Assembly: GCA_043821645.1 (NCBI GenBank)
Contig: JBDRCO010000076.1
Location: 130,965 to 194,964, forward strand
DNA: 64,000 nucleotides
Source of the DNA: Pseudomonadota bacterium
GTDB taxonomy: Bacteria; Myxococcota; JACRCW01; JAFGSX01
Reading direction: 5' to 3'
Translations under genes and position numbers: made by a program
The notes under the pieces: model-generated
Databases searched by the model: none
What the model saw: the letters and a program-made list of their open reading frames with translations, nothing else
Told to the model about the DNA's origin: nothing
Part shown: piece by piece, positions 28,023-37,278 of the stretch
Position numbering within the stretch: position 1 is the first letter of the stretch
Layout: every line of letters begins with the position of its first letter

Positions 28023-29467
28023 CGCCGTCTCCGTCTGATGCGGGAGGCATGATGCGCGTCTTTGTCCGACAGCGTCAACCCGCCTGGGGGCTGCAGGGGC
28101 GAGACGGGCAGGCTCGGAAGATCCCGGTACCAGGGGGAGGCCAGCCGGGGGTTGAAGGTGCCGAAGCGGAGGCCGGGGTGGCGCGACGCCAGTTCGAGAA
28201 CAAAGCCGCGCAGACCCAGCCTCTGCCCACGCTGAGTTGGCAGCATGGCGTTGTAGTGCACTGGGTCCACGCACAGGTTGCGCAGCTGCACCATGTCAAG
28301 GACGCCGTCGGCATGCAGCGCGCTCACGGCCTCGAGTTCGTCGTGGCGATCGGTCCAGCCAGGCCAGAGCAGCAGGTTGATCGATGTGAAAGCACCGGCG
28401 TCGTGCGCCGCCCGCAGACTGGCGCGGACCTCGTCGAGACCGTAACCCTCGGGACGGAAATAGGCCTGGAACACCTCGCTGTCGAAGCTGTTGACGGACA
28501 CGCGCACTGCACCGACGCCTGCCCGAACAGCCTCGGAGACCACGTCGGGGCGGGAGCCATTGGTGTTGAGGTTGATGACACCGCGCGCGGTCTGCTTGCG
28601 GGCGAGTTGCACGCCCTGGATCAGGACGTCGCTGTTGATGGTTGGCTCGCCTTCGCAACCCTGGCCGAAGCTGACCATGGCCTCGGGAGCGTTCTCGACG
28701 TGGTCCACGATGACCTCGGCGATTTCCTCGGCGGTCGGTGTGAAGCGCAGCCGGAACTGGGGAACCGGAGCGTTCCACTCGGGCGCTCGCGACAGGCAGC
28801 CCAGGCAGGCTGCGTTGCACGACGGGGCGATGGGCAGCGCCCCCTCCCAGCGCTGGTAGAAGATGTTCTGGGAGCAGCGACAGTGGTAATCGGTGGCGCA
28901 GGTGGCGAGCTGCGTCAGCACGCGGTTGTCTGGATGCGCCGCCAGCCGCTCAGCCACACGCGCGTCGAGGTCGGGCAGGTCGTAGAGCGAAGGGTCCCAG
29001 CGCGACAGCTCATCGACCTGGAACATGGCCGCGAGATTGCCCCCGGATCCCGATCCTGCCGCACAGTACCCCCACAGCGGCAAGCCTGCTCTCGGCCCGC
29101 CATCGTTGGCACTGCGCACCGCCGGGACATGTGTGCGCACGTGCCCCGGGGGAGGGTGGACAGCCACGGCGCGCGCCGTGAAGGGGCCATCGCCACCGTC
29201 GAAGCGCTCGACCACCTCGAGTCGGCCGCTCGCGGGGTCGAAACCCAGCGGCCTCGTGCCCGGGAGTTGCATCAGCTCCCAGTGCAGCGGCAGTGGCCAC
29301 ATGTCCTGTGGTTCGGCAGGCCGCGCCGAGACTCCGTCGTCGATGGCCAGGTCCAGCTGCGGGTGCTCGAAGACCTGGCCATCTGGAGCAGCCAGGAGCA
29401 AACCGATGCGTGTGCGACCCGCCGGCGAGGCCACGCGTCCTGGTTTCCGACCACGATGTCGACTCAT
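28019..29467 (-). CDS. Radical SAM protein of unknown function
   Basis: CNAACLGC (CxxxCxxC), SFGQGCEGEP and NLNTNGS. Confidence 0.88.
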   Translation of the reverse strand: MSRHRGRKPGRVASPAGRTRIGLLLAAPDGQVFEHPQLDLAIDDGVSARPAEPQDMWPLPLHWELMQLPGTRPLGFDPASGRLEVVERFDGGDGPFTARAVAVHPPPGHVRTHVPAVRSANDGGPRAGLPLWGYCAAGSGSGGNLAAMFQVDELSRWDPSLYDLPDLDARVAERLAAHPDNRVLTQLATCATDYHCRCSQNIFYQRWEGALPIAPSCNAACLGCLSRAPEWNAPVPQFRLRFTPTAEEIAEVIVDHVENAPEAMVSFGQGCEGEPTINSDVLIQGVQLARKQTARGVINLNTNGSRPDVVSEAVRAGVGAVRVSVNSFDSEVFQAYFRPEGYGLDEVRASLRAAHDAGAFTSINLLLWPGWTDRHDELEAVSALHADGVLDMVQLRNLCVDPVHYNAMLPTQRGQRLGLRGFVLELASRHPGLRFGTFNPRLASPWYRDLPSLPVSPLQPPGGLTLSDKDAHHASRIRRRRR

Positions 29468-29498
29468 GGCTGCGCTCGCCCGGAACAGCAGTCTGGAT

Positions 29499-31610
29499 TC
29501 ACTTGCACTGCAGCTTGATGGTCTGTCTGTACTCGGGCTCGCCTTCAACCAGGCCCATGCGCGTCGAGTAGGTCGTGCAGCGCTTCTTCTTGATTTCCAG
29601 TACAGGCGGTGCAGCCTGCGGGTCGAGGTGCTTGAGGACGGCTGGAGTGGTCCCCTTCTCCTCACCATTGAGCAACACGGTGGCACCTGTGGGATCGGAG
29701 TCGATGAAGGCCGTGACGAAGCGGGACTCGAGCTTGGCCTCGATGCGCTGGGTCTGGTCCGTCTCCAGCGCCACCGTGCTCTTGTGGGGGCTGTAGTCTT
29801 CGAGCTTCAGCTCGACGGTGATGTCGGCTCCGATGGTCACATTCTCGATGACCGCCGGGGTCACCTTCTCGGTGTCCCGCCCCTTGACGAAGATGCGTGC
29901 TCCGGGTGGCGTCGACACGACGTCGAGGCGGCCTACCGGGTCCGGGAGCTTCTTCATCTCGATGGGAATGTTGAGTGTGCCGCTTTTCGGGACCGCCACA
30001 GAACCAGAGAAGGGCACGTAGCCAGACTTCTGGGCCGCCAGATCATGGGGACCGGCCTTGACGTCGGGCACGGTCAGGCTTCCGTCCACAGTCGTGCCCA
30101 CCAGGGTTCCATCGAGAAAAACCTGCACGTCACTCGGTGGCTGGCAGGTGATGAAGATCGTGCCCTTGCCGATGAGGAACAACGACAATAGCAGCCCGAG
30201 TCCGACGGTGCCGAGGAGCGCACCCAGGGCGATGCCGATCAACCTCAGTGGGCCGGATTTTCCCTTGGCCCCAGCGGCAGGGATCCGGATGGCAGGTCGG
30301 ATCGCGCCCTGGTTGGACGGCAGCGGCCTCTTTCCCGAGGCGTTGCTGCCATCTCGCCGCAGGCCGGGTTGCGAGTTGTCCCGTGCTGCAACCCGCGAGG
30401 GCACAGAGCTGTTCTGATCGGTCCTGGCGGTGGCAAAGGAACCGGTGCTTGCCGTCGACAAACCCTGCTGCGGCGCCGGGGCGCCCATCTCCTCGGCGAG
30501 AGCCGCCATGACCGCCGCGCTCGAGCGATCCAGTTCCGGCGGTACCTGCACCTGCGCGGTGGGCTGATCGGTGATCGACGCCGGTTCGTCGGGCATCTCG
30601 ATCTCGCGAAAGGCCTCCATGCGCAGCCGCTCGCGGTCGTAGTCGACGGTGAAGTTCTCGCGCAGGTACTTGCCCATGTCCATGCGGTTGGACGGTTTGC
30701 CGTGCAGCAGCATGAAACGCTGCAGTGCCTCGCTGAGGTCCGACGCCCACTGGTAGCGGTCGTCGGGATCCTTGGCCAGGGCCTTGAACATGATCTTTTC
30801 GAGCTCGTCGGGAATGTCCTTGTTGACGATGCTCGGTGGTGTCAGCTCGACGTTGCGCACCATCTCGAGGAGCGAGAAGTCGCTGTCGGCCTTGAAGGCG
30901 CGCTGGCCCGTGACCAGCTCGTACAGCACCACACCCATGGCGAACACGTCGGCGCGCTGGTCAATGGGCAGGCCGCGCACCTGTTCAGGTGCCATGTAGC
31001 CGAACTTGCCCTTGAGGATCCCGGCCTGGGTCTTGGAAGCCTTGCCCGCGGCCTTGGCGATGCCGAAGTCGATGAGTTTGACCTCGCCTTCCCACGACAC
31101 GAGGATGTTCTGCGGGCTGACGTCGCGGTGCACGATCTTGAGGTCGACGCCGAAGTTGTCCTTCTTGCGGTGGGCGTAGTCGAGACCTTCGGCCAGGTTC
31201 TGCACCATGTAGCAGGCCAGGGGCACAGGCAGGGGCTGCTTGAGGTGGCGCTGGTGCTGCCAGATGGTCTTGCCATCCTTGCCAGGGACGTATTCCATGG
31301 CAATGTAGTAGGCGTCGTCGTTCTTGCCGAGTTCGTAGACTTGGCCGATGTTCGCGTGCTGGAGCAGGACCGTGATCTTGGCCTCGTCCTTGAACATCGT
31401 GATGAAATCAGTGTCCTCGGCCACGTGCGGAAGGATCTTCTTGATGGCGACGATCCGCTGGAAGTCCTCGGCGCCAAAGATCTTGGCTCGCCAGACCTCG
31501 GCCATGCCACCGGACGCGATCCGGTCGAGCAAGAGGTAGCGGCCAAACTTGACCGGCTTGAGCTTCTTGCCGCCCTTGTCGCCTTTGTCGCTCGCCGGGG
31601 CCACTGGCAT
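29499..31610 (-). CDS. Membrane Ser/Thr protein kinase with PEGA domains
   Basis: IASGGMAEV, VAIK, HRDVSPQN, DFG and YMAPE, then a TM and three PEGA-like repeats. An alternative TTG start lies at 31664. Confidence 0.93.
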   Translation of the reverse strand: MPVAPASDKGDKGGKKLKPVKFGRYLLLDRIASGGMAEVWRAKIFGAEDFQRIVAIKKILPHVAEDTDFITMFKDEAKITVLLQHANIGQVYELGKNDDAYYIAMEYVPGKDGKTIWQHQRHLKQPLPVPLACYMVQNLAEGLDYAHRKKDNFGVDLKIVHRDVSPQNILVSWEGEVKLIDFGIAKAAGKASKTQAGILKGKFGYMAPEQVRGLPIDQRADVFAMGVVLYELVTGQRAFKADSDFSLLEMVRNVELTPPSIVNKDIPDELEKIMFKALAKDPDDRYQWASDLSEALQRFMLLHGKPSNRMDMGKYLRENFTVDYDRERLRMEAFREIEMPDEPASITDQPTAQVQVPPELDRSSAAVMAALAEEMGAPAPQQGLSTASTGSFATARTDQNSSVPSRVAARDNSQPGLRRDGSNASGKRPLPSNQGAIRPAIRIPAAGAKGKSGPLRLIGIALGALLGTVGLGLLLSLFLIGKGTIFITCQPPSDVQVFLDGTLVGTTVDGSLTVPDVKAGPHDLAAQKSGYVPFSGSVAVPKSGTLNIPIEMKKLPDPVGRLDVVSTPPGARIFVKGRDTEKVTPAVIENVTIGADITVELKLEDYSPHKSTVALETDQTQRIEAKLESRFVTAFIDSDPTGATVLLNGEEKGTTPAVLKHLDPQAAPPVLEIKKKRCTTYSTRMGLVEGEPEYRQTIKLQCK

Positions 31611-31779
31611 TGTGCCTGTCTCTCTGGGATCGTGAGGATCGCCGTCCGTCAAAAAATACTCCAAATCCGTCGTCGGTCAAACCAGATAGATGGAATACCC
31701 TGGCGCAGCGCGGCACAGGGAATCTTCCTTGCCGGCTCGAGTGGCTTCGGCTATCACAGCGAGATGTCAGTCGTGGTCA

Positions 31780-31857
<78 letters not shown>

Positions 31858-31891
31858 CTGGACCCGCCGGGCCTCTGCCGGCGGGCCCCAT

Positions 31892-31965
31892 GCGCCTTTA
31901 GCTCAGCTGGAAAGAGCATCGGCCTTCTAAGCCGAGGGTCAGGGGTTCGAGTCCCTTAAGGCGCG
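31892..31965 (+). tRNA. tRNA-Arg(TCT)
   Basis: GCGCCTT/AAGGCGC acceptor, TCGGC-CTTCTAA-GCCGA anticodon arm. CCA not encoded. Confidence 0.96.
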
Positions 31966-32013
31966 ATCTTTGTTTGTGCCGGGCGTCGGGGGCCCCTTTT
32001 CTCTACCTCGCCC

Positions 32014-32042
32014 TTGACGGGTCCGGGGGAGCCGGATAGGAA
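32014..32042 (+). promoter_or_regulatory. Possible sigma70 promoter for tRNA-His/Arg
   Basis: TTGACG-N17-TAGGAA just upstream of tRNA-His. The -10 element is imperfect. Confidence 0.35.
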
Positions 32043-32057
32043 AGCGGTCCACTTTAT

Positions 32058-32135
32058 GGTGGGTGTAGCTCAGCTGGTTAGAGCGCCAGGTTGTGGCCCT
32101 GGAGGTCGGGGGTTCGAGCCCCCTCACTCACCCCA
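32058..32135 (+). tRNA. tRNA-His(GTG)
   Basis: Encoded G-1, anticodon arm CCAGG-TTGTGGC-CCTGG, C73 and CCA. Confidence 0.97.
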
Positions 32136-32176
32136 GAGCTCCCCGTCGGGAAAGCCCGGCGGGGAGCACCTTCCGT

Positions 32177-32250
32177 GCGCCCGTAGCTCAGCTGGATAGA
32201 GCATCGGACTTCGGTTCCGAGGGTCGGGAGTTCGAATCTCTCCGGGCGCG
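32177..32250 (+). tRNA. tRNA-Arg(TCG)
   Basis: GCGCCCG/CGGGCGC acceptor, TCGGA-CTTCGGT-TCCGA anticodon arm. CCA not encoded. Confidence 0.95.
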
Positions 32251-32343
32251 TGTCCCTTCTCCGGGGCCTGTCAGGTGCAAGTCCCTCCTGCCTCGCAAGC
32301 GCGCTAGACTTCCACTCAAGCTTGGAGATGGCGGAGGGGGCCG

Positions 32344-35300
32344 ATGACTCGCTCGCAGCGTCTATTGCATCCGCATACCTCGTCGCTGGTTATCGCGCTC
32401 CTGCTGGGTGGCGCGACTGCCTGCGGGGACCGCGCAGGACCCACCCTCGACGCTGGCGCAGGGGCGGACCACGGAACCGTGACCGTCATGGATGCGTCGA
32501 ATCGGGACCGTGGACCCTGGGACGCGTCCCGGGAGGGGCCGCAGTCCGAGGCCTCGCTGGACGCTGCTCACGATGCCTCGGCGCAGGAACGCGCGGTCCA
32601 GGATGCGGACCTCGACGCAGGCTTGCGCGACGATGCCACAGCCAGCGACACCGGTGTCCGCCCGGATGGCGCAGCGCGTGATCTGCTGCACCGCGATGGC
32701 ACGGACCTCGACGCCACAACGATCTTCGATGCCACGCCGCCGGCGCAGGTTCAGGTAACGCCTGGAGCTGACCATTACCTGCTCGGCAACGGGCTGGTGT
32801 TTGCCCGTGCCTTTGTCGACGGGACGCTGGAGCTGGGACGGCAGGGGATGGCTCCCTTCGTGCTGCAGCGCGATCTCGAGGATCACGACATCGTGTGCAT
32901 CCGTCATCGCTGTGACGGCCCTGGCCCCGTGGTCCCGGCGGCAGTCGCCGACGCGCTGTCGACGCAGCAGCAGGTGATCGTCCAGGGCGAGACCTGCGTT
33001 CGCACGCTGTTCGAGGGCCTTCCTGTCGACGTCGGAGGTGCTCTGCAGACAACGGCCATCACCCTGCAGTGGGACCTGTGCCTGCGGCCGGGCAGTGACG
33101 AGATCGTGGTGCGTCTGGATGCCCTGGGTGAGCAGGCAGGCACGGCCCTCGACCTTTTGTATTTCCCCTACGCTCCGGCCCTGGACCCTCGTGGCACGGG
33201 CTACGCTGTGCTTCCCATCTTCCACGGTCTGATGCTGCCCGTGGGCTGGATCGTGTTTGCCGAGCAATGGACCTCCCTCGAGCAAGGCGGATCGGTGCTC
33301 GACATGCGCTTCGATGCGGATGGGATGGGCTGGGGCATGCCTTTCTTCGGCGTGGTCGAGAGCGATGGTCGAGGTTTGCTGGCCATGGTGCGTGATCACG
33401 CCAACGCCAGCGTGCGAGTACACCAGGTCGCTGGTGGTTCTCCGCGTCTGACCACGGCCTGGCGGTCGTCACTGTTGCACTTCACGACGCCCGCGCATCG
33501 TGAGCTTGTGTACGTTCCCATGGCGAATGCCGACCATGTCGTGTTGGCTCAGCGCTACCGCGCCGAGGTGGTGCGACGCGGCGATCTGGTCACGCTCGTC
33601 GCCAAGCGTGCTCTGCGCCCGAATCTGCAATCGCTGCTCGAGGGTGCGCTGGTCCACGCCTCGACCTGTTACTACGACCTTGCGGAACAGCCGCCCCCAC
33701 ACGGTGTCATGTACACCGACCTGAGCTTCGACGACATCGTGCAGCAAGCGAACGCCGCGTCCACGGTCGCGGGCGACCCCCTGCTGCAGGCTGTGCTGCA
33801 CGTCGACGGCTGGGGACAGCGTGGTTACGACAACCTGCACCCCGATGTGGTGCTGTCGGAATCGGCGTGCACCCAGGCCACAGGTGGCAGCCCGGACTGC
33901 GGCCCCTGTGAGTGGGCTGGTGGTTGGGCCGGGCTCGCACGCCTGGCCACAGGGCTTCCTGCGGGCTGGGTGCTCGAGCTGCACGACAATTACCGCGACA
34001 TCTACCTGGATGCTCCCTCACACGGCAGCAGCTGTCCCGACTGCCTGATCCGCTGGGATGGCCAGCTCTCCGACGTCGTCGATGCCTGGGCAGGCGGCCC
34101 CAACCGTGTGCTCTGCGCGCGACAGGCTCTGGGCTACCTGCAGCGCAACCTCGACCTGCTGGCTGCGCACGGCGTGACGCCGGGAGGCATGTACCTGGAC
34201 ACCTTCGCCGGGGTTCAGCCGGACGAGTGCTACTCTACCGTGCACGGGATGAGTGCGGAGGTGAGCCTGGCACAACGAGGCCTGCTGCTTGACGAGGTGG
34301 CAGCCCGGGGGATGGTCGTGGCCAGCGAACAGCATGCGGACTGGAGCGTGCCACACATCGACCACGTGTACTGGTCCAACCACCTGCGTCACTACGATCC
34401 CGAGAGCACGGACCATCGTCGTCGCTATGCCGACACTTTCTTCCCGTCGCCGGTGGGTGTGCCACTCCCCCTGGTCGAGCTGGTCTATCACGACGCTCTG
34501 GTGGTGCCCTGGCCCGTGCTCGACGGTGATGCCGAGGAAGTGCTGCTGGATACCTGGCTCCACGCGGGCGTGCCTCAGGTCCCGTTGACCTCGCTTCACC
34601 TGTCGAGGCTCCGGCAGCGGCTGGCCGAGCTGCGCGCCGTCCATGTCGCGGTGGGCGATGCACCGCTGCAAGACCACCACTTTCTCGACGACAGGTTCAT
34701 GAGTGAGGAAATTCTCTGGGGTGGTTCAGCAAGCACCCGTAGCACCCAGGTCAACCGCGACACCTGGACCGTCGCCAGCTCCGGCATTGCTGGCGCACTG
34801 GCCGGCCCCGTGGCGCTGCCCGTCCGTTACCGGGTTCAGGCCCGGGTGCTACAGGCTGTCTACGGCGCCCCGGACCTGCTTCGCCTGACCATCGAGTGGA
34901 CGGCACACGACGATCTCTCCGGGTTGCCTGCGCAGCGCATGTTCCTGCACGCGGTACGCCCTGACACGGGCGAGATCGTGGGAAATGGTGATCACGCTGC
35001 ACCACAGCCCACCTCTGGCTGGACACCGGGGACCACCGTGATCGACGGGCCTGTCGACCTGCACATCGCCCAGGACGGCACCTTCGACATCGTGACAGGG
35101 CTGTTCGATTCCGTCGCCACTGGCGCACCCCGAGTCGATCTGGCGACGCCCCGGCCCGACCGCGCGCTTCTGCTTGGATCTGCGAGCGTGGTCACCGGCG
35201 TCAGCATGACTTTGGACCACCGGCCCAGGGTGTCGGCACGGCTGGCGATGGTGCGCCAGGTCAGTGACCTTCAGGTCGAGGTGGTGACCGAGTGGCAGAC

Positions 35301-35655
35301 CGCGCAGGCCTTGCCGCCAGGGCTGCGGGTGTTCCTGCACGCCTGTGACGGAGCAGGCAACATCATCGCAAACGCCGATCATCAGGCCGTCGTGGCGCCG
35401 GACCAGTGGCTGCCCGGGGCGCGCCGTCGTGAGCGTCGAGCCGTCTTTGCCTTCGACGCTGCGGCGGTGCCAGGCGCTTACAGTCTGGTCACGGGACTGT
35501 TTGATCCCAGCTTGCCGGCAGAGGTGCAGAGGGTCGAGTTCGCCGGTTCAGATTCCGAGCGGCGACTGAAGCTGGGGACGCTGCGACTCGAAGGGAACGC
35601 GGGCAGGGTCGAGCGCGTACGCTTTTGCCCCGCGGAGAGGGCAGGTTGCCCGTGA
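32344..35655 (+). CDS. Lipoprotein glycoside hydrolase, GH129/GH101-like (DUF5696-like), with two C-terminal beta-sandwich repeats
   Basis: Lipobox ATAC, LHVDGWGQRGYDNLHPD, LHDNYRDIY and GMYLDTF. Duplicated (M/V)FLHA..G.I..N.DH...W.PG domain. Confidence 0.72.
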   Translation: MTRSQRLLHPHTSSLVIALLLGGATACGDRAGPTLDAGAGADHGTVTVMDASNRDRGPWDASREGPQSEASLDAAHDASAQERAVQDADLDAGLRDDATASDTGVRPDGAARDLLHRDGTDLDATTIFDATPPAQVQVTPGADHYLLGNGLVFARAFVDGTLELGRQGMAPFVLQRDLEDHDIVCIRHRCDGPGPVVPAAVADALSTQQQVIVQGETCVRTLFEGLPVDVGGALQTTAITLQWDLCLRPGSDEIVVRLDALGEQAGTALDLLYFPYAPALDPRGTGYAVLPIFHGLMLPVGWIVFAEQWTSLEQGGSVLDMRFDADGMGWGMPFFGVVESDGRGLLAMVRDHANASVRVHQVAGGSPRLTTAWRSSLLHFTTPAHRELVYVPMANADHVVLAQRYRAEVVRRGDLVTLVAKRALRPNLQSLLEGALVHASTCYYDLAEQPPPHGVMYTDLSFDDIVQQANAASTVAGDPLLQAVLHVDGWGQRGYDNLHPDVVLSESACTQATGGSPDCGPCEWAGGWAGLARLATGLPAGWVLELHDNYRDIYLDAPSHGSSCPDCLIRWDGQLSDVVDAWAGGPNRVLCARQALGYLQRNLDLLAAHGVTPGGMYLDTFAGVQPDECYSTVHGMSAEVSLAQRGLLLDEVAARGMVVASEQHADWSVPHIDHVYWSNHLRHYDPESTDHRRRYADTFFPSPVGVPLPLVELVYHDALVVPWPVLDGDAEEVLLDTWLHAGVPQVPLTSLHLSRLRQRLAELRAVHVAVGDAPLQDHHFLDDRFMSEEILWGGSASTRSTQVNRDTWTVASSGIAGALAGPVALPVRYRVQARVLQAVYGAPDLLRLTIEWTAHDDLSGLPAQRMFLHAVRPDTGEIVGNGDHAAPQPTSGWTPGTTVIDGPVDLHIAQDGTFDIVTGLFDSVATGAPRVDLATPRPDRALLLGSASVVTGVSMTLDHRPRVSARLAMVRQVSDLQVEVVTEWQTAQALPPGLRVFLHACDGAGNIIANADHQAVVAPDQWLPGARRRERRAVFAFDAAAVPGAYSLVTGLFDPSLPAEVQRVEFAGSDSERRLKLGTLRLEGNAGRVERVRFCPAERAGCP

Positions 35656-35802
35656 GACGCACCATGGTCTCGCGCTGAAGGGGAGCAAGAGCCGGTGCCG
35701 GGGCCGCCCGTGTCCGCGCTGCTGGCGTGTCTGTCAGGTCCTGACCGCGCCAATGTGCAGGTCCACTCAATATGATCATGGAACAGCACCCTCGAGGGCA
35801 CC

Positions 35803-37173
35803 ATGTCTCGCGTCACCGTCAGCCAGCAAGCCCGTGCGATCGTCCAGACCCAGAGCGTCATCGGTGAGCTCAAGGCAGCTCTGGATCAAGCCTCGGCGGG
35901 AGGCAAGGTCATCACCGTCGACGAGGCGCAGCGCGTGCTGGCGCAGACGCAGGGGATGCCCGATGCGACGCTGCAGGATCTCAAGGCCAGCATGCTCGAT
36001 GCCCTGACCGCCCCGGATCACTGGCGCTGCGATGCCGGAGCACGGTCGGCGCTGGCTCAATTCGTGGGCGTTCCCGCCGAAGGCCTGCCTCCTGCCGTCG
36101 AGCCACCGGCGGAACAGACGGCTGCCCTCCAGGCCCAGCGCGCCGCTGAGCTTCGCGCAACGCTCGACAATCTCGACCAGCTGGCACCCCAGCGCGACTC
36201 CGCGGCCCAGCGCGCGCTTGCTACACCCGACAGGCCCATTCCGTCGACGCAGTATGATGGCAGTCAGTCCGGCGTGCTCAACCTGCTGTCTCAGCAGGGG
36301 ACGCCTACCGTGCCGGGTGGTGCGACCATGCCCACCATGGCGACGGGATATCCCCCCGCAGCCGCCGCGTTGCTTGCGCAACAGTACGGGCCGCAGGCGG
36401 CCATGCAGATGCTGCAACTCGAGCTGGCCATGGTGCGCATGGAGATGGCACTCATGGCCGCCATGCAGGGCGCCAGCCCCGAGCAGATCCAGGGCTTTCT
36501 GCGAGATCCCAGTCCCCAGGGTCAACAGCTTGCGGCCCAGTTGCAGTCCCTCGGCCAGATGCTTGCCAGCGGCGACTTCGACATGGAGGACGTGGAGCGT
36601 CAGCTGGCTTCAGGGCGTCAGCAGTTCATCGACTATGCCGGGCGCCAGAGCGGCGTGGATCCGTCCCAGCTGCAGACGATGAGCGAGCAGGAACTCGGTG
36701 TGCAGCCACGGCCAGGGACGCGTCCGCCCAGCGACGAGGGCGGCCCCGCCGCCGTGGGAACGCGATATCCACCCTTCTCATCCGAGGCCAAGGCCCTGTT
36801 CCGGGAAGCTGCGCGCAAGGCGGGTGTACCCGAGTCCTGGGCCGACTCGCCAGGTCTCCACAACATTCTCAAGCGCGAGTCCAACGGCCAGGTCGGCGTG
36901 CCCAACTACACTTATGGCGGGCGCAAGAAAGATCCCGCGCAGTGGTCTGCCATTCACAACGAGCTCAAGAACGGCCGCATCACCGCCAAGTCCTCGGCGA
37001 CGGGGCTGGGCCAGCTCCTGCTTCGCAACGTGGACCGCTACTACCCGAGTGGTCGCGCCGGCATCGGCGACCCCGTCGAGGAAGCGGCCGGGATGCTGGC
37101 CTACATCAAGGATCGCTACGGCAGCCCAGAGCGCGCCTGGGCTCTCTACGGCAAGCTGCACGAGGGGTACTGA
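35803..37173 (+). CDS. Protein with C-terminal lysozyme-like / lytic transglycosylase-like domain, no signal peptide
   Basis: ILKRESNG (catalytic-Glu-like), SSATGLGQL and GMLAYIKDRYGSPERAW. Gln/Met/Ala-rich middle region. Confidence 0.7.
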   Translation: MSRVTVSQQARAIVQTQSVIGELKAALDQASAGGKVITVDEAQRVLAQTQGMPDATLQDLKASMLDALTAPDHWRCDAGARSALAQFVGVPAEGLPPAVEPPAEQTAALQAQRAAELRATLDNLDQLAPQRDSAAQRALATPDRPIPSTQYDGSQSGVLNLLSQQGTPTVPGGATMPTMATGYPPAAAALLAQQYGPQAAMQMLQLELAMVRMEMALMAAMQGASPEQIQGFLRDPSPQGQQLAAQLQSLGQMLASGDFDMEDVERQLASGRQQFIDYAGRQSGVDPSQLQTMSEQELGVQPRPGTRPPSDEGGPAAVGTRYPPFSSEAKALFREAARKAGVPESWADSPGLHNILKRESNGQVGVPNYTYGGRKKDPAQWSAIHNELKNGRITAKSSATGLGQLLLRNVDRYYPSGRAGIGDPVEEAAGMLAYIKDRYGSPERAWALYGKLHEGY

Positions 37174-37175
37174 TT

Positions 37176-37274
37176 TTCTCGAGGGTCTGTCGGCCAGACC
37201 CTCCCCCGTCGAAGTGAATTCGCCGGGGCCCCCACCCAAGCAGCATTTGTTCTCGAGGGTCTGTCGGCCAGACC
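37176..37274. repeat. Two exact 25-bp direct repeats with internal hairpin (REP-like / terminator-like)
   Basis: TTCTCGAGGGTCTGTCGGCCAGACC at 37176-37200 and 37250-37274. GGTCTG/CAGACC stem, extended to GAGGGTCTG/CAGACCCTC in copy 1. Confidence 0.85.
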
Positions 37275-37278
37275 TGAC

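Noticed and set aside
37176-37274. CRISPR array
   Set aside because: Only two repeats, a 49-bp spacer, and no leader or cas genes in the window.
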